From contig JBKAGP010000001.1 in the NCBI GenBank assembly GCA_046290465.1, forward strand, positions 6,272,001 through 6,336,000: 64,000 bases of DNA. Reading direction: 5' to 3'. The DNA comes from Planctomycetota bacterium (lineage in GTDB: Bacteria > Planctomycetota > UBA1135 > UBA2386). This document shows, piece by piece, positions 37,235 through 49,483 of the stretch. How positions within the stretch are numbered: the stretch's first letter is position 1; every line of letters begins with the position of its first letter. The notes under the pieces are model-generated. The model saw only the letters and a list, made by a program, of their open reading frames with translations, made no database searches and was not told the DNA's origin. The translations under genes were made by a program, and so were the position numbers.

Positions 37235-38146
37235 TCAGCCGCGCGGGTGCAGCCGCTGGTGCACGGCGCGCAGCCGCTCGTGGTCGACGTGCGTGTAGAT
37301 CTGCGTCGTCTGCAGCGACGCGTGGCCGAGCATCTCCTGCACGCTGCGCAGGTCGGCGCCGCCGGCGACCAGGTGGGTGGCGAACGAATGGCGCAGCGCG
37401 TGCGGCGAGCAGGCGACGTCGAGGCCGGCGTCGGCGGCGGCCTTGCGCACGACCTGGTAGATGCGCACGCGGTCGAGCGGCCGGCCGGTGCGCGACAGGA
37501 ACAGCACGTCGCCGGGATCGCGCCCGGCCCGCTGACGCAGCTTCGGCCGCACCTGCTCGCGGTAGCGCTGCAGCCACTGCAGCGCGACGTCGGCGATCGG
37601 CACCAGCCGCTCCTTGTTGCCCTTGCCGAACGCGCGCAGCATGCGGTGCTGCTCGACGATGCTGGTGGTGCGCAGGTTGGTGACCTCGCTGACGCGGCAG
37701 CCGGTCGCGTAGAGCACGTGCAGGATCGCGAGGTCGCGCACCGCGAGGTCGCCGTCGGCGTCGCGCTGCAGCATGCGTTCGACGTGGCGGCGGCTCAGCG
37801 CCTTGGGCAGCTTCTGCTCGAGCCTGGCGCCGAGCAGGCCGTCGGTGACGTCGTCGTCGGCCAAGCCCTCGGCGTGCAAGAACCGGTAGAAGCCGCGGAT
37901 CGCCGCCGCGGCGCGCGCGACCGACGCCGGCGCGTGGGTCTCGAGCAGTTCGCCGAGGTGGCGGTCGATCCGTTCGCGGTCCGGCAGCCGGTCCTCGTCC
38001 CGCAGCAGCCGCTCGAGGTCATTGCGGTAGGCGGCGACGGTGTGGCGGGATACCTGCAGTTCGGCGCCGAGGTGCACCAGGAAGTCCGCCATCGCCTGCT
38101 GGGGCCGCGCCCCGGGCTGGTCTCGGTCCGCCGCATTCCGCCGCAT
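37235..38146 (-). CDS. xerD: Tyrosine recombinase XerD
   Basis: LYATGCRVSE, GKGNKERLVP, HALRHSFATHL, GADLRSVQEMLGH, TTQIYTHV; start 38146 or 38092. Confidence 0.88.
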   Translation of the reverse strand: MRRNAADRDQPGARPQQAMADFLVHLGAELQVSRHTVAAYRNDLERLLRDEDRLPDRERIDRHLGELLETHAPASVARAAAAIRGFYRFLHAEGLADDDVTDGLLGARLEQKLPKALSRRHVERMLQRDADGDLAVRDLAILHVLYATGCRVSEVTNLRTTSIVEQHRMLRAFGKGNKERLVPIADVALQWLQRYREQVRPKLRQRAGRDPGDVLFLSRTGRPLDRVRIYQVVRKAAADAGLDVACSPHALRHSFATHLVAGGADLRSVQEMLGHASLQTTQIYTHVDHERLRAVHQRLHPRG

Positions 38147-38325
38147 CCGGGCATTCTCGACCGCTCGGCACGTCCAGGAAAGAGAAGAACGGCGATCGCG
38201 TCGGGCCTGTCTTGACCGTCTGTCTGGGCCTCCGTATCGTCCTCGCCCCTCGACCGGGGGTTGTTCCGCGGTCGACGCCATCCAACCGTGTCCGAACGGC
38301 TGTCGAACCCAGGCAGCCCAGCAAC

Positions 38326-38766
38326 ATGCCGAAGCCGACCAAGACCGAGCTGAAGAAGTACCAGGACATCCTGAAGCTGCAACTCGCCACGCTGAAGGGA
38401 GATGTAGGCTCGATGCGCGACGAGGCGCTGCGTGCCTCGGACCAGGACGCCTCGGTGGACCACCTCGCCGACCAGGGCACCGACAACTACGACCAGGGCT
38501 TCATGCTGAGCCTGATCGAGAACGAGGAGGAGACCATCAAGCTGATCGAGGAGGCGCTCGATCGCATCGATGGCGAGGGCGACTGGCCGTTCGGCGCCTG
38601 CCCGATGTGCCTCGAGGAGGCCGAGGAGGCCAAGGCGGCGAAGAAGAAGACCGGCAAGAAGGCCGCCGACGCCTGGATCCCGAAGGCCCGCCTCGAGTAC
38701 CTGCCGTGGGCGCGCTACTGCGTCGCGCACCAGGAGACCGAGGAACGCAACCGCGAGAGCGCGTGA
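38326..38766 (+). CDS. TraR/DksA-family regulator
   Basis: Coiled coil with HLADQGTD, IEEALDRI, FGACPMC, IPKARLEYLPWARYC. Confidence 0.88.
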   Translation: MPKPTKTELKKYQDILKLQLATLKGDVGSMRDEALRASDQDASVDHLADQGTDNYDQGFMLSLIENEEETIKLIEEALDRIDGEGDWPFGACPMCLEEAEEAKAAKKKTGKKAADAWIPKARLEYLPWARYCVAHQETEERNRESA

Positions 38767-39371
38767 GCGACACGCCCGAGGCCGCGGCTGCCGCCGCCGG
38801 GGGCGAACGGCCCCAGGCAGCGACGGAGCCGAAGACGCTCGCCGGCAAGTGGTGGTTCTGGCTGCCGTGGCCGCTGCTGGTCGTCGCCGACCTCTGGAGC
38901 AAGGCGGCGGTGTTCGCCTTCATGGCGGAGAAGCATCCGGACCTGGTCGAGGAGCGCCGGCCGCCGCACCTGGTCTTCCAGACCGACGTCCTGCAGTTCG
39001 ACCTGGTGACCTGGGGCAACACCGGCACCATCTGGGGGCTGTTCCAGGACGGCACGCTGGTGCTGATGATCCTGCGTTGCTTCGCGCTGGTCGGCCTGCT
39101 GTGGTTCGTGCGCACGACGTCGCGCACCGCGCGGCTACAGCTGCTGGTCCTGAGCCTCGTGTTCGCCGGGGCCGTCGGCAACCTGTACGACAACTTCGTG
39201 CGCGCCGACCGCTCGGTCCGGGACTTCCTGCACTTCTCGGGTTCGTGGCCGTGGCAGTGGGACTTTCCGGCGTTCAACGTCGCCGACTCGTGCATCACGG
39301 TGGGGGCGATCGGCCTGTTCTTGCTGTTGTGGCGGGACGATCGCGCCCCAAACAAGAAGCAGGTATCCTGA
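38763..39371 (+). CDS. lspA: Lipoprotein signal peptidase II
   Basis: NTG, GAVGNLYD, VRDF, FNVADSCI; GTGA overlap. Confidence 0.93.
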   Translation: MSDTPEAAAAAAGGERPQAATEPKTLAGKWWFWLPWPLLVVADLWSKAAVFAFMAEKHPDLVEERRPPHLVFQTDVLQFDLVTWGNTGTIWGLFQDGTLVLMILRCFALVGLLWFVRTTSRTARLQLLVLSLVFAGAVGNLYDNFVRADRSVRDFLHFSGSWPWQWDFPAFNVADSCITVGAIGLFLLLWRDDRAPNKKQVS

Positions 39372-39384
39372 TCCCGGTCCCATC

Positions 39385-40332
39385 GTGCTCCAGACCCGAC
39401 TCCACAGCCTCGAACTCGACAACCCGGTGCTCAGCGCGTCGGGCACCTTCGGGTCCGGCTGGGAGGGGCGGCAGTTCTCCGACCTCGGCATGGTCGGCGG
39501 GCTGGTCAGCAAGACGGTGACGCTGGCGCCGCGGCCCGGCAACCCGCCGCCGCGCATCCAGGAGACGCCGTCGGGCATGCTGAACGCGATCGGCCTCGAG
39601 AACAAAGGGGCCGACCACTTCCTCGCCGAGACGCTGCCGCGCATGCACGAACTGGCGGCCGGCGGCCGCCGCGACGGCCGCCACGGCCCGCGCGTGATCG
39701 TCAACATCGGCGGCTCCGACGACGAACTGCAGCAGCTGGCGCAGCGCTTCTGCGAGGCCGGCGTCGACGCGCTCGAGGTCAACCTGTCGTGTCCCAACGT
39801 CGCGCACGGCACGCGCGCCTCGACCGACCCGGAGCTGACCGAGCGCACGGTCGCCGCGGTCAAGCGGGTCGCGACCGTGCCGGTGTTCGCCAAGCTGACG
39901 CCGAACATCGCCGACGTCGTGCCGATCGCGACCGCGGCCAAGGCCGGCGGCGCCGACGGCGTCACGCTGATCAACACGCTGGTCGGCATGGCGATGGACT
40001 GGCGGAAGCGCCGGCCGGTGCTCGGCAACGTCACCGGCGGCCTGTCGGGGCCGGCGGTCAAGCCGGTCGCGATGCGCATCGTCTACCAGGTCGGCAAGGC
40101 GCTGCCGGACCTGCCGATCCTCGCGGTCGGTGGCGCCCACTCGGCGCAGTGCGTGCTCGAGTTCCTGTGTGCGGGTGCCTCGGCGGTGCAGTTCGGCACC
40201 GCGATGTTCTCGGACCCGACGCTGATGGTGCGCGTCGCCGACGAGCTCGAGGAGCTGCTGGCCGCCGCCGGCACCACGGTCGCAGACCTGCGCGGTGCGG
40301 CGCACCGCGAGGTCGCGGAGGTGACGCGATGA
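39385..40332 (+). CDS. pyrD: Dihydroorotate dehydrogenase, family 1 catalytic subunit
   Basis: ASGTFG, GMLNAIGLEN, NLSCPN, KLTPN, INT, GGLSGPAVKP. Confidence 0.93.
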   Translation: MLQTRLHSLELDNPVLSASGTFGSGWEGRQFSDLGMVGGLVSKTVTLAPRPGNPPPRIQETPSGMLNAIGLENKGADHFLAETLPRMHELAAGGRRDGRHGPRVIVNIGGSDDELQQLAQRFCEAGVDALEVNLSCPNVAHGTRASTDPELTERTVAAVKRVATVPVFAKLTPNIADVVPIATAAKAGGADGVTLINTLVGMAMDWRKRRPVLGNVTGGLSGPAVKPVAMRIVYQVGKALPDLPILAVGGAHSAQCVLEFLCAGASAVQFGTAMFSDPTLMVRVADELEELLAAAGTTVADLRGAAHREVAEVTR

Positions 40333-41168
40333 AGCTCACCTCGCTGACCCGGGAGATGGTCGAGCGCGCGGTCTCGATCTATCAGGACCTCGCCTACGGA
40401 TCGGTCGCGCCGAGGCGCCGCATCGCAACCGGCGCCGACGGCGGCAAGGGGCCGCTCGGCATGTTCCACAAGGAGCAGGTCGAGTGCGTGCCGGGCCACG
40501 CGTGCCAGCGCTTCAGCATGCGGCTCGGCAACCGCAACTACCCGTTCATGAAGCTGCTCCTGCAGGAGCACCTGATCGCCGGCGAGTTCTTCTTCGCGGT
40601 CGACACCCACGACCAGATGGAGATCGGGCCGGAGTTTCCCGACTACGAGCAGTGGATGGCGGTGCGCAAGTTCAACTGCGAACTGAAGCGACGCATCGAG
40701 GACAGCTTCGAGCAGGCCGGCCTGGACACGGCGGCGGTCGTGCGCGGCCTGATCGTCGACGAGTGCCGCGACGACGGCAAGCCGTGCCGCGGTCTGGTGC
40801 TGATCGTCGACGACGAGGAGGACCTCGCCGCCGCGGTCGAGGCGCTGATCCAGCGGGCCGGCTTCCGGACCTGCAAGGTGCACGACGGCCGTTCGGCGCT
40901 GGTCGCCACCCGCGAACTGGCGCCGGACCTCGTGCTGCTCGACTACGAACTGCCCGAGCTCGACGGCCTGCAGGTGATCGACGAGCTGCGTCGCGACGCC
41001 GCGACGCGCGACGTGCCGGTGCTGCTCAACAGCGCCGCGCGCATGACGATGGCCGACATCCAGCGCGCCGACGGCTTCCTCAGCAAGCCGTTCCCGGAGA
41101 GCCTGCTCAACGCGATGATCGACCGCGTGCTCGACAAGCACGCGGCGGGCCGCGGGAGGCGCGCGTGA
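40329..41168 (+). CDS. Response regulator with uncharacterised N-terminal domain and C-terminal REC
   Basis: IVDDE, DLVLLD, LDG, KPF; ATGA overlap with pyrD. Confidence 0.88.
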   Translation: MKLTSLTREMVERAVSIYQDLAYGSVAPRRRIATGADGGKGPLGMFHKEQVECVPGHACQRFSMRLGNRNYPFMKLLLQEHLIAGEFFFAVDTHDQMEIGPEFPDYEQWMAVRKFNCELKRRIEDSFEQAGLDTAAVVRGLIVDECRDDGKPCRGLVLIVDDEEDLAAAVEALIQRAGFRTCKVHDGRSALVATRELAPDLVLLDYELPELDGLQVIDELRRDAATRDVPVLLNSAARMTMADIQRADGFLSKPFPESLLNAMIDRVLDKHAAGRGRRA

Positions 41169-41482
41169 GCACCGACGAGAGCAACGCGGCGGCGCCGCCG
41201 CGCAGCGTGCGCGCCACCGGCTTCGTGTCGGCGGTGCTGCTGGTGGTGCTGTTGGCGACGACCGGCCTGCCGGTCGACGCGCAGCATCTGGGTGACGAAC
41301 AACAGGTCGCCTGCTGCGTGGTGCAGCGCACCCACAGCGCCTTCCGGGCGTGCGAACCCGAGGACCTCGCCGGCGCGGACACCGCGACCATCGAGGTCGC
41401 CCCGCCCAGGGTCGCGCCGCGCACCGCGCGGGTCGACAGCTGGGGGCTGCCGCCGCCGCGCGCACCGACGAACCGACGCTGA
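41165..41482 (+). CDS. secA upstream ORF, candidate translation-arrest (SecM-like) peptide
   Basis: GTGA overlap; hydrophobic FVSAVLLVVLLATTG; C-terminus SWGLPPPRAPTNRR. Confidence 0.65.
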   Translation: MSTDESNAAAPPRSVRATGFVSAVLLVVLLATTGLPVDAQHLGDEQQVACCVVQRTHSAFRACEPEDLAGADTATIEVAPPRVAPRTARVDSWGLPPPRAPTNRR

Positions 41483-41498
41483 TCGCGTCCATCCGTTC

Positions 41499-41534
41499 GT
41501 CCATTCCACGTTGTCTATTCCACGTTGTCCAATC
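41499..41534. repeat. Tandem repeat, 14-bp unit GTCYATTCCACGTT x2.5
   Basis: Read directly in the secA leader. Confidence 0.7.
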
Positions 41535-41628
41535 GCGGCGCGTGGTGCCGGTGCGCGCCCCGACGGCGCTTTCCGGCTACCGGTCCCAGACCGGCGCGCC
41601 GCCAGATCCAGAACACCATCCGTCCGTC

Positions 41629-44661
<3,033 letters not shown>

Positions 44662-44671
44662 TCGCCCCGAC

Positions 44672-46039
44672 ATGTCGGACCAGCATCGCGAACCGGCCGC
44701 CGAGCACCTCGGCCCGAGCATGCCGCTGCCTCGCAGCGGCGTGCGCGGCTGGCTGACGATGGGCCTCTACCAGCCGCTGTTCGCGTTCGCGTTCCTGCTC
44801 TACAGCCCGGTGCTGCTGTGGCGGCTCTTGTTCGCGCCCAAGGGCCAGCGCACCAGCATGCGCGAGCGCATGGGCTTCGTGCCGCCGCGCGCCGACGCGT
44901 CGCGGCCGTTGGTCTGGATCCACGGCGTCTCGGTCGGTGAGGTCAAGGCGGCGAGCAACTTCGTCGCCAAGCTGCGCGCGCAGCGGCCCGACGTCGACCT
45001 GGTGATCTCGACCACGACGCCCAACGGCAGGCTGGTCGCGCACCAGGAGTACCCGGACCTGCCGGTCGTCACCTACCCGCTGGACCTCGCCAACTTCCCG
45101 GCGCGGGCGCTGTCGCGGCTGCGGCCGCGCTGCGTGTTGCTGATGGAGCTCGAGATCTGGCCGAACTTCCTGCAGGCCGCCCGCAAGCGCGACATCCCGG
45201 TCGCGGTCATCAACGGCCGCATCAGCGAGCGCACCTTCAAGGGCTACCGGATGGCGCGCGGGCTGCTGCCGCAGCTGGACCTGATCAGCAAGTACTGCGT
45301 GCAGGACCTCGCCTACCAGCGGCGCCTGCTCGACCTCGGCGTCGACCGTTCGCGCGTGTTCGTGACCGGCAACATGAAGTACGACAGCGTCGTGATGGGG
45401 CAGCACCAGCAGGCCGCCGCCGAGCTGCGGCCGTGGCTCGCGCCGGCCGGCGAACGGGTGCTGGTGACCGGCTCGACCCACGACGACGAGGAGGCCTGCG
45501 TGCTGCAGGCGGTGGCGAAGATCCAGGCGCGCTGCGACCTCGCGGTGCGCACCGTGCTGGTGCCGCGCCACCCCGAGCGTTCGTCGTCGATCTGCGAAGT
45601 CGTGCAGCAGCGCGGCCTGCGCCCGGTGCGCTGGAGCGAGGTCCGGCAGGCGCCGCCGCCGCTGCAGCCCGAGGACGTCGTCGTGGTCGACACCATCGGC
45701 CAGCTGCAGCGCTTCTACGCCGCCTGCGACGTCGCGTTCGTCGGCGGCAGCCTGGTGCCGCACGGTGGCCAGAACATGCTCGAACCCGCGGCCCAGGGCC
45801 GCGCGGTGATCTTCGGCCCGCACACCACCAACTTCCGACGCGACGTCGAGCTGCTGCTGGCCGCCGACGCGGTGGTGCAGGTGCCCGACCGCGAGCGGTT
45901 CGTCGACGGCCTCGAACGGCTGCTGCGTGACGACGCGCTGTGTCGCGCCTACGGCGAACGGGCCCGCCGCGTGATCACCCAGAACCAGGGCGCGACCGCG
46001 CGCACGCTCGACCTCGTCGTCGATCTGGTCGGCGCCTGA
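44672..46039 (+). CDS. waaA: Kdo transferase
   Basis: WIHGVSVGE, ELEIWPN, NGRIS, GNMKYD, PRHPER, GGQNMLEPA. Confidence 0.95.
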   Translation: MSDQHREPAAEHLGPSMPLPRSGVRGWLTMGLYQPLFAFAFLLYSPVLLWRLLFAPKGQRTSMRERMGFVPPRADASRPLVWIHGVSVGEVKAASNFVAKLRAQRPDVDLVISTTTPNGRLVAHQEYPDLPVVTYPLDLANFPARALSRLRPRCVLLMELEIWPNFLQAARKRDIPVAVINGRISERTFKGYRMARGLLPQLDLISKYCVQDLAYQRRLLDLGVDRSRVFVTGNMKYDSVVMGQHQQAAAELRPWLAPAGERVLVTGSTHDDEEACVLQAVAKIQARCDLAVRTVLVPRHPERSSSICEVVQQRGLRPVRWSEVRQAPPPLQPEDVVVVDTIGQLQRFYAACDVAFVGGSLVPHGGQNMLEPAAQGRAVIFGPHTTNFRRDVELLLAADAVVQVPDRERFVDGLERLLRDDALCRAYGERARRVITQNQGATARTLDLVVDLVGA

Positions 46040-46112
46040 GCCCGCGCGGGCGGCCGCCTCATTGGGCGGCGGCTCATTGAGCGGCCGGGGCCGTTTGGCT
46101 ACCGTCCTCGCG

Positions 46113-46613
46113 ATGAACTGTCCGTGCACCAGTGGTAAGCCGTTCGCCGAGTGCTGCGAGCCGATCCTGACGGGGGCCGAGAAGGCCAAGACGGCCGAGC
46201 AGCTGATGCGCTCGCGCTACACCGCCTATGCCACCGGCAACGTCGACTGGATCATCGAGACCCAGTCCGAGGACGGCCGCAAGTTCGTCGATCGCAAGGC
46301 CACCGAGGAGTGGTCGAAGCGCGCCGAGTGGCACCGGATGGAGGTGCTCGAGGTGCAGCAGGGCGGCGAGGACGACGACGAGGGCTTCGTCGACTTCAAG
46401 GCCTACTACACGCTCGGCGGCGAGGACATCACGCACCACGAGGTTGCCTCGTTCCGCAAGGAGGACGGCACCTGGTACTTCGTCGACGGCGTCGAGGTCA
46501 AGCCGCGGCCGTTCAAGCGCCTCGACAAGAAGGTCGGGCCCAACGAGAAGTGCCCGTGCGGCAGCGGCAAGAAGTTCAAGAAGTGCTGCGGCAAGCCCGG
46601 CGTGGCCAACTGA
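46113..46613 (+). CDS. ychJ: YchJ family SEC-C metal-binding protein
   Basis: CPCTSG...CC, TAEQLMRSRYTAY, WYFVDG, C-terminal CPCGSGKKFKKCC. Confidence 0.92.
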   Translation: MNCPCTSGKPFAECCEPILTGAEKAKTAEQLMRSRYTAYATGNVDWIIETQSEDGRKFVDRKATEEWSKRAEWHRMEVLEVQQGGEDDDEGFVDFKAYYTLGGEDITHHEVASFRKEDGTWYFVDGVEVKPRPFKRLDKKVGPNEKCPCGSGKKFKKCCGKPGVAN

Positions 46614-46652
46614 GCGCGTAGATCCGAGCGCGACCGCGTCGCTCGCGAGCCG

Positions 46653-48488
46653 CTACGCGATGACGAAGTAGCGGCCGTCCGGCGACTGCACCAGCGGATC
46701 GTTGCGCAGCAGGTCGGCCAGGCACTCGCGGAACGCCGACAGGTCGGGCCGCACGCGCAGCACGTCGTCGATGGTGACGACCTCGCCGAGTTGGCGCAGC
46801 GCCTGGCGGCCGGAGCGGGCCAGGATGCGCGGCAGCGCCAGGTCCTCGAGCGCGACGATGTTCGGCGCCAGCACCTCGAACGGGCCGTTGCGGCGCAGGA
46901 TGTCGGCGAGCAGTTCGGGCGACAGCCACTTGCCGCCGAGGTCGCTCTGGTCGACGAGGTCCTTGAGCGCCTCGGCCTGCGCGTAGCCGGCGCGCTTCTG
47001 CAGCTGCTCGAGCACCAGCTTGATCAGGCGCTGCATGCGCTCGGCGTTGAACGGGTAGTTGGTCAGCGTGTCGACGCGGTCCGGGCCGGCATCGACGAAC
47101 GCGCGGTTGTGCTCGAGCAGGCGCGTCACCAGGCGGCGCTGCGACGCCGGCTGGTTGGAGATGAACAGACCCTTGACGACGTCCCCGGCGGCGCGCCGGA
47201 AGGCCCGCTGCAGGCGCTTCATCACCGTCGACTGGGTCATGTCGGCGGCGCAGGCCTCGCCGCGGCCGAGCATGCGCACGCGCGGATCGCCGCGCAGCTG
47301 GTCGAGCACCAGCCAGGCGGTTTCGTCGTCGTGCTCGTCGCGCAGCAGGTCGACGATGTGCAGCCGGTGGTCGGACGTCGAGACCCGGCGCGCGGTCTGC
47401 TCGACCAGTTCGGCGAGGTCGGAAAGGCGCTGCTCGTGCCAGCGCCGCAGCGACCAGCGCTCCTCGCCCAGCCGCACGAACGCGCCGTCCTCGGTCAGGT
47501 GGCGCAGCAGCCGCGAGCGCGACGCGAACCGGAACCGTTCGCGGTAGGCGAACGTCAGGTCGCTCAGCGAGGTCGCCTGGCCCAGCTCGGTCAGGATCTC
47601 GAGCAGCCGGGCCGCCGGCTTCAGCGGATCGGGCACCGCGACCTCGCCGAGCTCGGCGTCGAGCTCGACCGCGGTGCGCAGCTCGGTGCGCAGGACGTGC
47701 ATCAGCACGCCGCGCGGCACGCTCGCCCCGCGCTGTTCGAGCTGCTGTTCGATCGAGTCGATCGGCATCGGCAGCAGGTGCTGCGGCGCCAGCGACGGCA
47801 GCGTGCGCAGCAGCTCGCGGAACACCCGCGGGGTCACGCCGTGCAGCGCGCCGCGGTGCAGGTGGCAGCGGTGCGGCAGGCAGAACGCCGCCAGCCGCAG
47901 GCCGAGCTCGGGGTCCTCGCACGCGTCGGCGAGCACCTGCACCAGCGATCCCCTGGCGGCGTGCGTCGGCAGCAGCACCCCGTCGAACGCCGAGAACTCG
48001 CGCTCGAGCTCGTCCTGCATGCGCGTCATCAGCGCCGCGCTGTGCTGCATCAGGGTCGCGCGGATCGCCTGCAGGCTGTCGTCGAGGGCGGTGTCGCCGA
48101 GCAGCTGCTGCAGCGCGTGCCGGGACTGCACCGGTTCGTCGATGCCGACCGCGGCGATCATCAGCCGGCGGTCGACGTCCTCGAGCGGGCCGAGCAGCTG
48201 CGCGCGCAGCGTCGGCCAGTCGTCGGTCGCCGACGACGCGAACTGTCGCAGGCTGTCGCCGAGCGCCCGGCCGAGCGCGTCGCGCAGGCGGGCGGCGTCG
48301 TCGTCGGTGAGCGCGTCCGGGGCGCCGTCGAGCGCATCGGCGACGGTCAGCAGACCACGGTCGCACAGCCGTTCGGCGAGTTCGTCGTCCAGCCGCAGCT
48401 GGACGAGCGGCAACTCGAGGAGCGCTGCGGGCAGCACGCGGGCGGCGTTGCCGGCCTCGGCAGCAGGGCTGTGCGGTCCGGTGCTCAT
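46653..48488 (-). CDS. Putative DNA/RNAP-binding protein with alphaCTD-like, sigma region 4-like and tandem winged-helix segments
   Basis: LPLVQLRLDDELAERLCDRGLLTVADAL; DGAFVRLGEERWSLRRW; about five related repeats; domain calls by eye. Confidence 0.65.
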   Translation of the reverse strand: MSTGPHSPAAEAGNAARVLPAALLELPLVQLRLDDELAERLCDRGLLTVADALDGAPDALTDDDAARLRDALGRALGDSLRQFASSATDDWPTLRAQLLGPLEDVDRRLMIAAVGIDEPVQSRHALQQLLGDTALDDSLQAIRATLMQHSAALMTRMQDELEREFSAFDGVLLPTHAARGSLVQVLADACEDPELGLRLAAFCLPHRCHLHRGALHGVTPRVFRELLRTLPSLAPQHLLPMPIDSIEQQLEQRGASVPRGVLMHVLRTELRTAVELDAELGEVAVPDPLKPAARLLEILTELGQATSLSDLTFAYRERFRFASRSRLLRHLTEDGAFVRLGEERWSLRRWHEQRLSDLAELVEQTARRVSTSDHRLHIVDLLRDEHDDETAWLVLDQLRGDPRVRMLGRGEACAADMTQSTVMKRLQRAFRRAAGDVVKGLFISNQPASQRRLVTRLLEHNRAFVDAGPDRVDTLTNYPFNAERMQRLIKLVLEQLQKRAGYAQAEALKDLVDQSDLGGKWLSPELLADILRRNGPFEVLAPNIVALEDLALPRILARSGRQALRQLGEVVTIDDVLRVRPDLSAFRECLADLLRNDPLVQSPDGRYFVIA

Positions 48489-49483
48489 CGACGTGGGCGG
48501 ATGTTCTTGAAGACCGGTCGGCGGTTGCGACGCTCGATCGCCATCTCGAGCACGACCTCGGGCACCATCGGCTGCAGCGCCGCCTGCGACACGCCGGCGG
48601 CGAGCAGGCCCTCGCACAGGTGCAGCTGCACCTGCGGGTGGTTGGGCCGCGTCAGCAGGTCGGTCATCGCGGCGTGCGCGAGGTGGGGCGGCAGGTCGAT
48701 CAGCAGCGTCGCGGCGCGCAGGTTGCCGCGGCGGGTCGCGCCGACGAACACCGGCATGCGCTCGGCGACCAGCGCCGGCGAGCAGCGCACCAGGGCCTTA
48801 CGCAGCAGGTCCGCCTGGTCGTTGCGGGTGGCGTTCATGTAGACCGGCAGCACCGCGTCGACCATCGACGCGTCGCCCAGGCGTGCGGCGATGTCGGCGA
48901 GCGCGGCGGTCTTGGTCGAGCCACGCTGCACCGACAGCAGCAGCGACGTGGCCACCGCGCTGCGTTCGGCGGGCGTCAACGACAGGTTGGGCAGCACCGC
49001 CAGGCTCAGCGCCGCGTCGTGCGCGATGCGCGGCTCGGCGTGCTCGAGGTTCTGCGCCAGCAGGTGGCCGAGCGCGTTGCTGGTGCTCGCCTGCAGCAGC
49101 TGTTCGGTGTGGGCCAGCAGCGCCGGGGTCGTGGGCAGCACGCCGCGGCCGCCGCCGAGCGTGTGCAGCACCGGGCCGACGCGCTTCAGGAACAGCACCC
49201 GTTCGTCGCCGGCCTGCAGCGCGAACAGGCTGCGGCCGCAGCAGCGGCCGGCCGGCTCGGTCAGCGTGAACGTCGCCCCGACCGCGCCCTTCAGCACCGC
49301 GTCGGCGCGCAGCGTCAGCTGGTGCCACTGCGGCGTCGGGTGCACGGACTGGGTCACGGTGGCGCGCACGACCAGGTCGGCGCGCTGCGCGAGCGTCGCG
49401 AGCGTGGTGGCCTGGTCCTGCGAAGGCAGGGCCTGGAGCAGCATGACCGCGAGCGCGCTCGCCTTGATCAGCGGATGGTTCAT
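48485..49483 (-). CDS. Secreted protein with OB/TIMP-like N-domain and helical repeats
   Basis: Signal peptide; RADLVVRATV...VLKG...GDERVLFL; ATGA overlaps at both ends. Confidence 0.7.
   Translation of the reverse strand: MNHPLIKASALAVMLLQALPSQDQATTLATLAQRADLVVRATVTQSVHPTPQWHQLTLRADAVLKGAVGATFTLTEPAGRCCGRSLFALQAGDERVLFLKRVGPVLHTLGGGRGVLPTTPALLAHTEQLLQASTSNALGHLLAQNLEHAEPRIAHDAALSLAVLPNLSLTPAERSAVATSLLLSVQRGSTKTAALADIAARLGDASMVDAVLPVYMNATRNDQADLLRKALVRCSPALVAERMPVFVGATRRGNLRAATLLIDLPPHLAHAAMTDLLTRPNHPQVQLHLCEGLLAAGVSQAALQPMVPEVVLEMAIERRNRRPVFKNIRPRR

Noticed and set aside
37235..38146. Tyrosine recombinase as the islet integrase
   Set aside because: Typical XerD motifs and length, core-gene context, and 15 kb from ssrA
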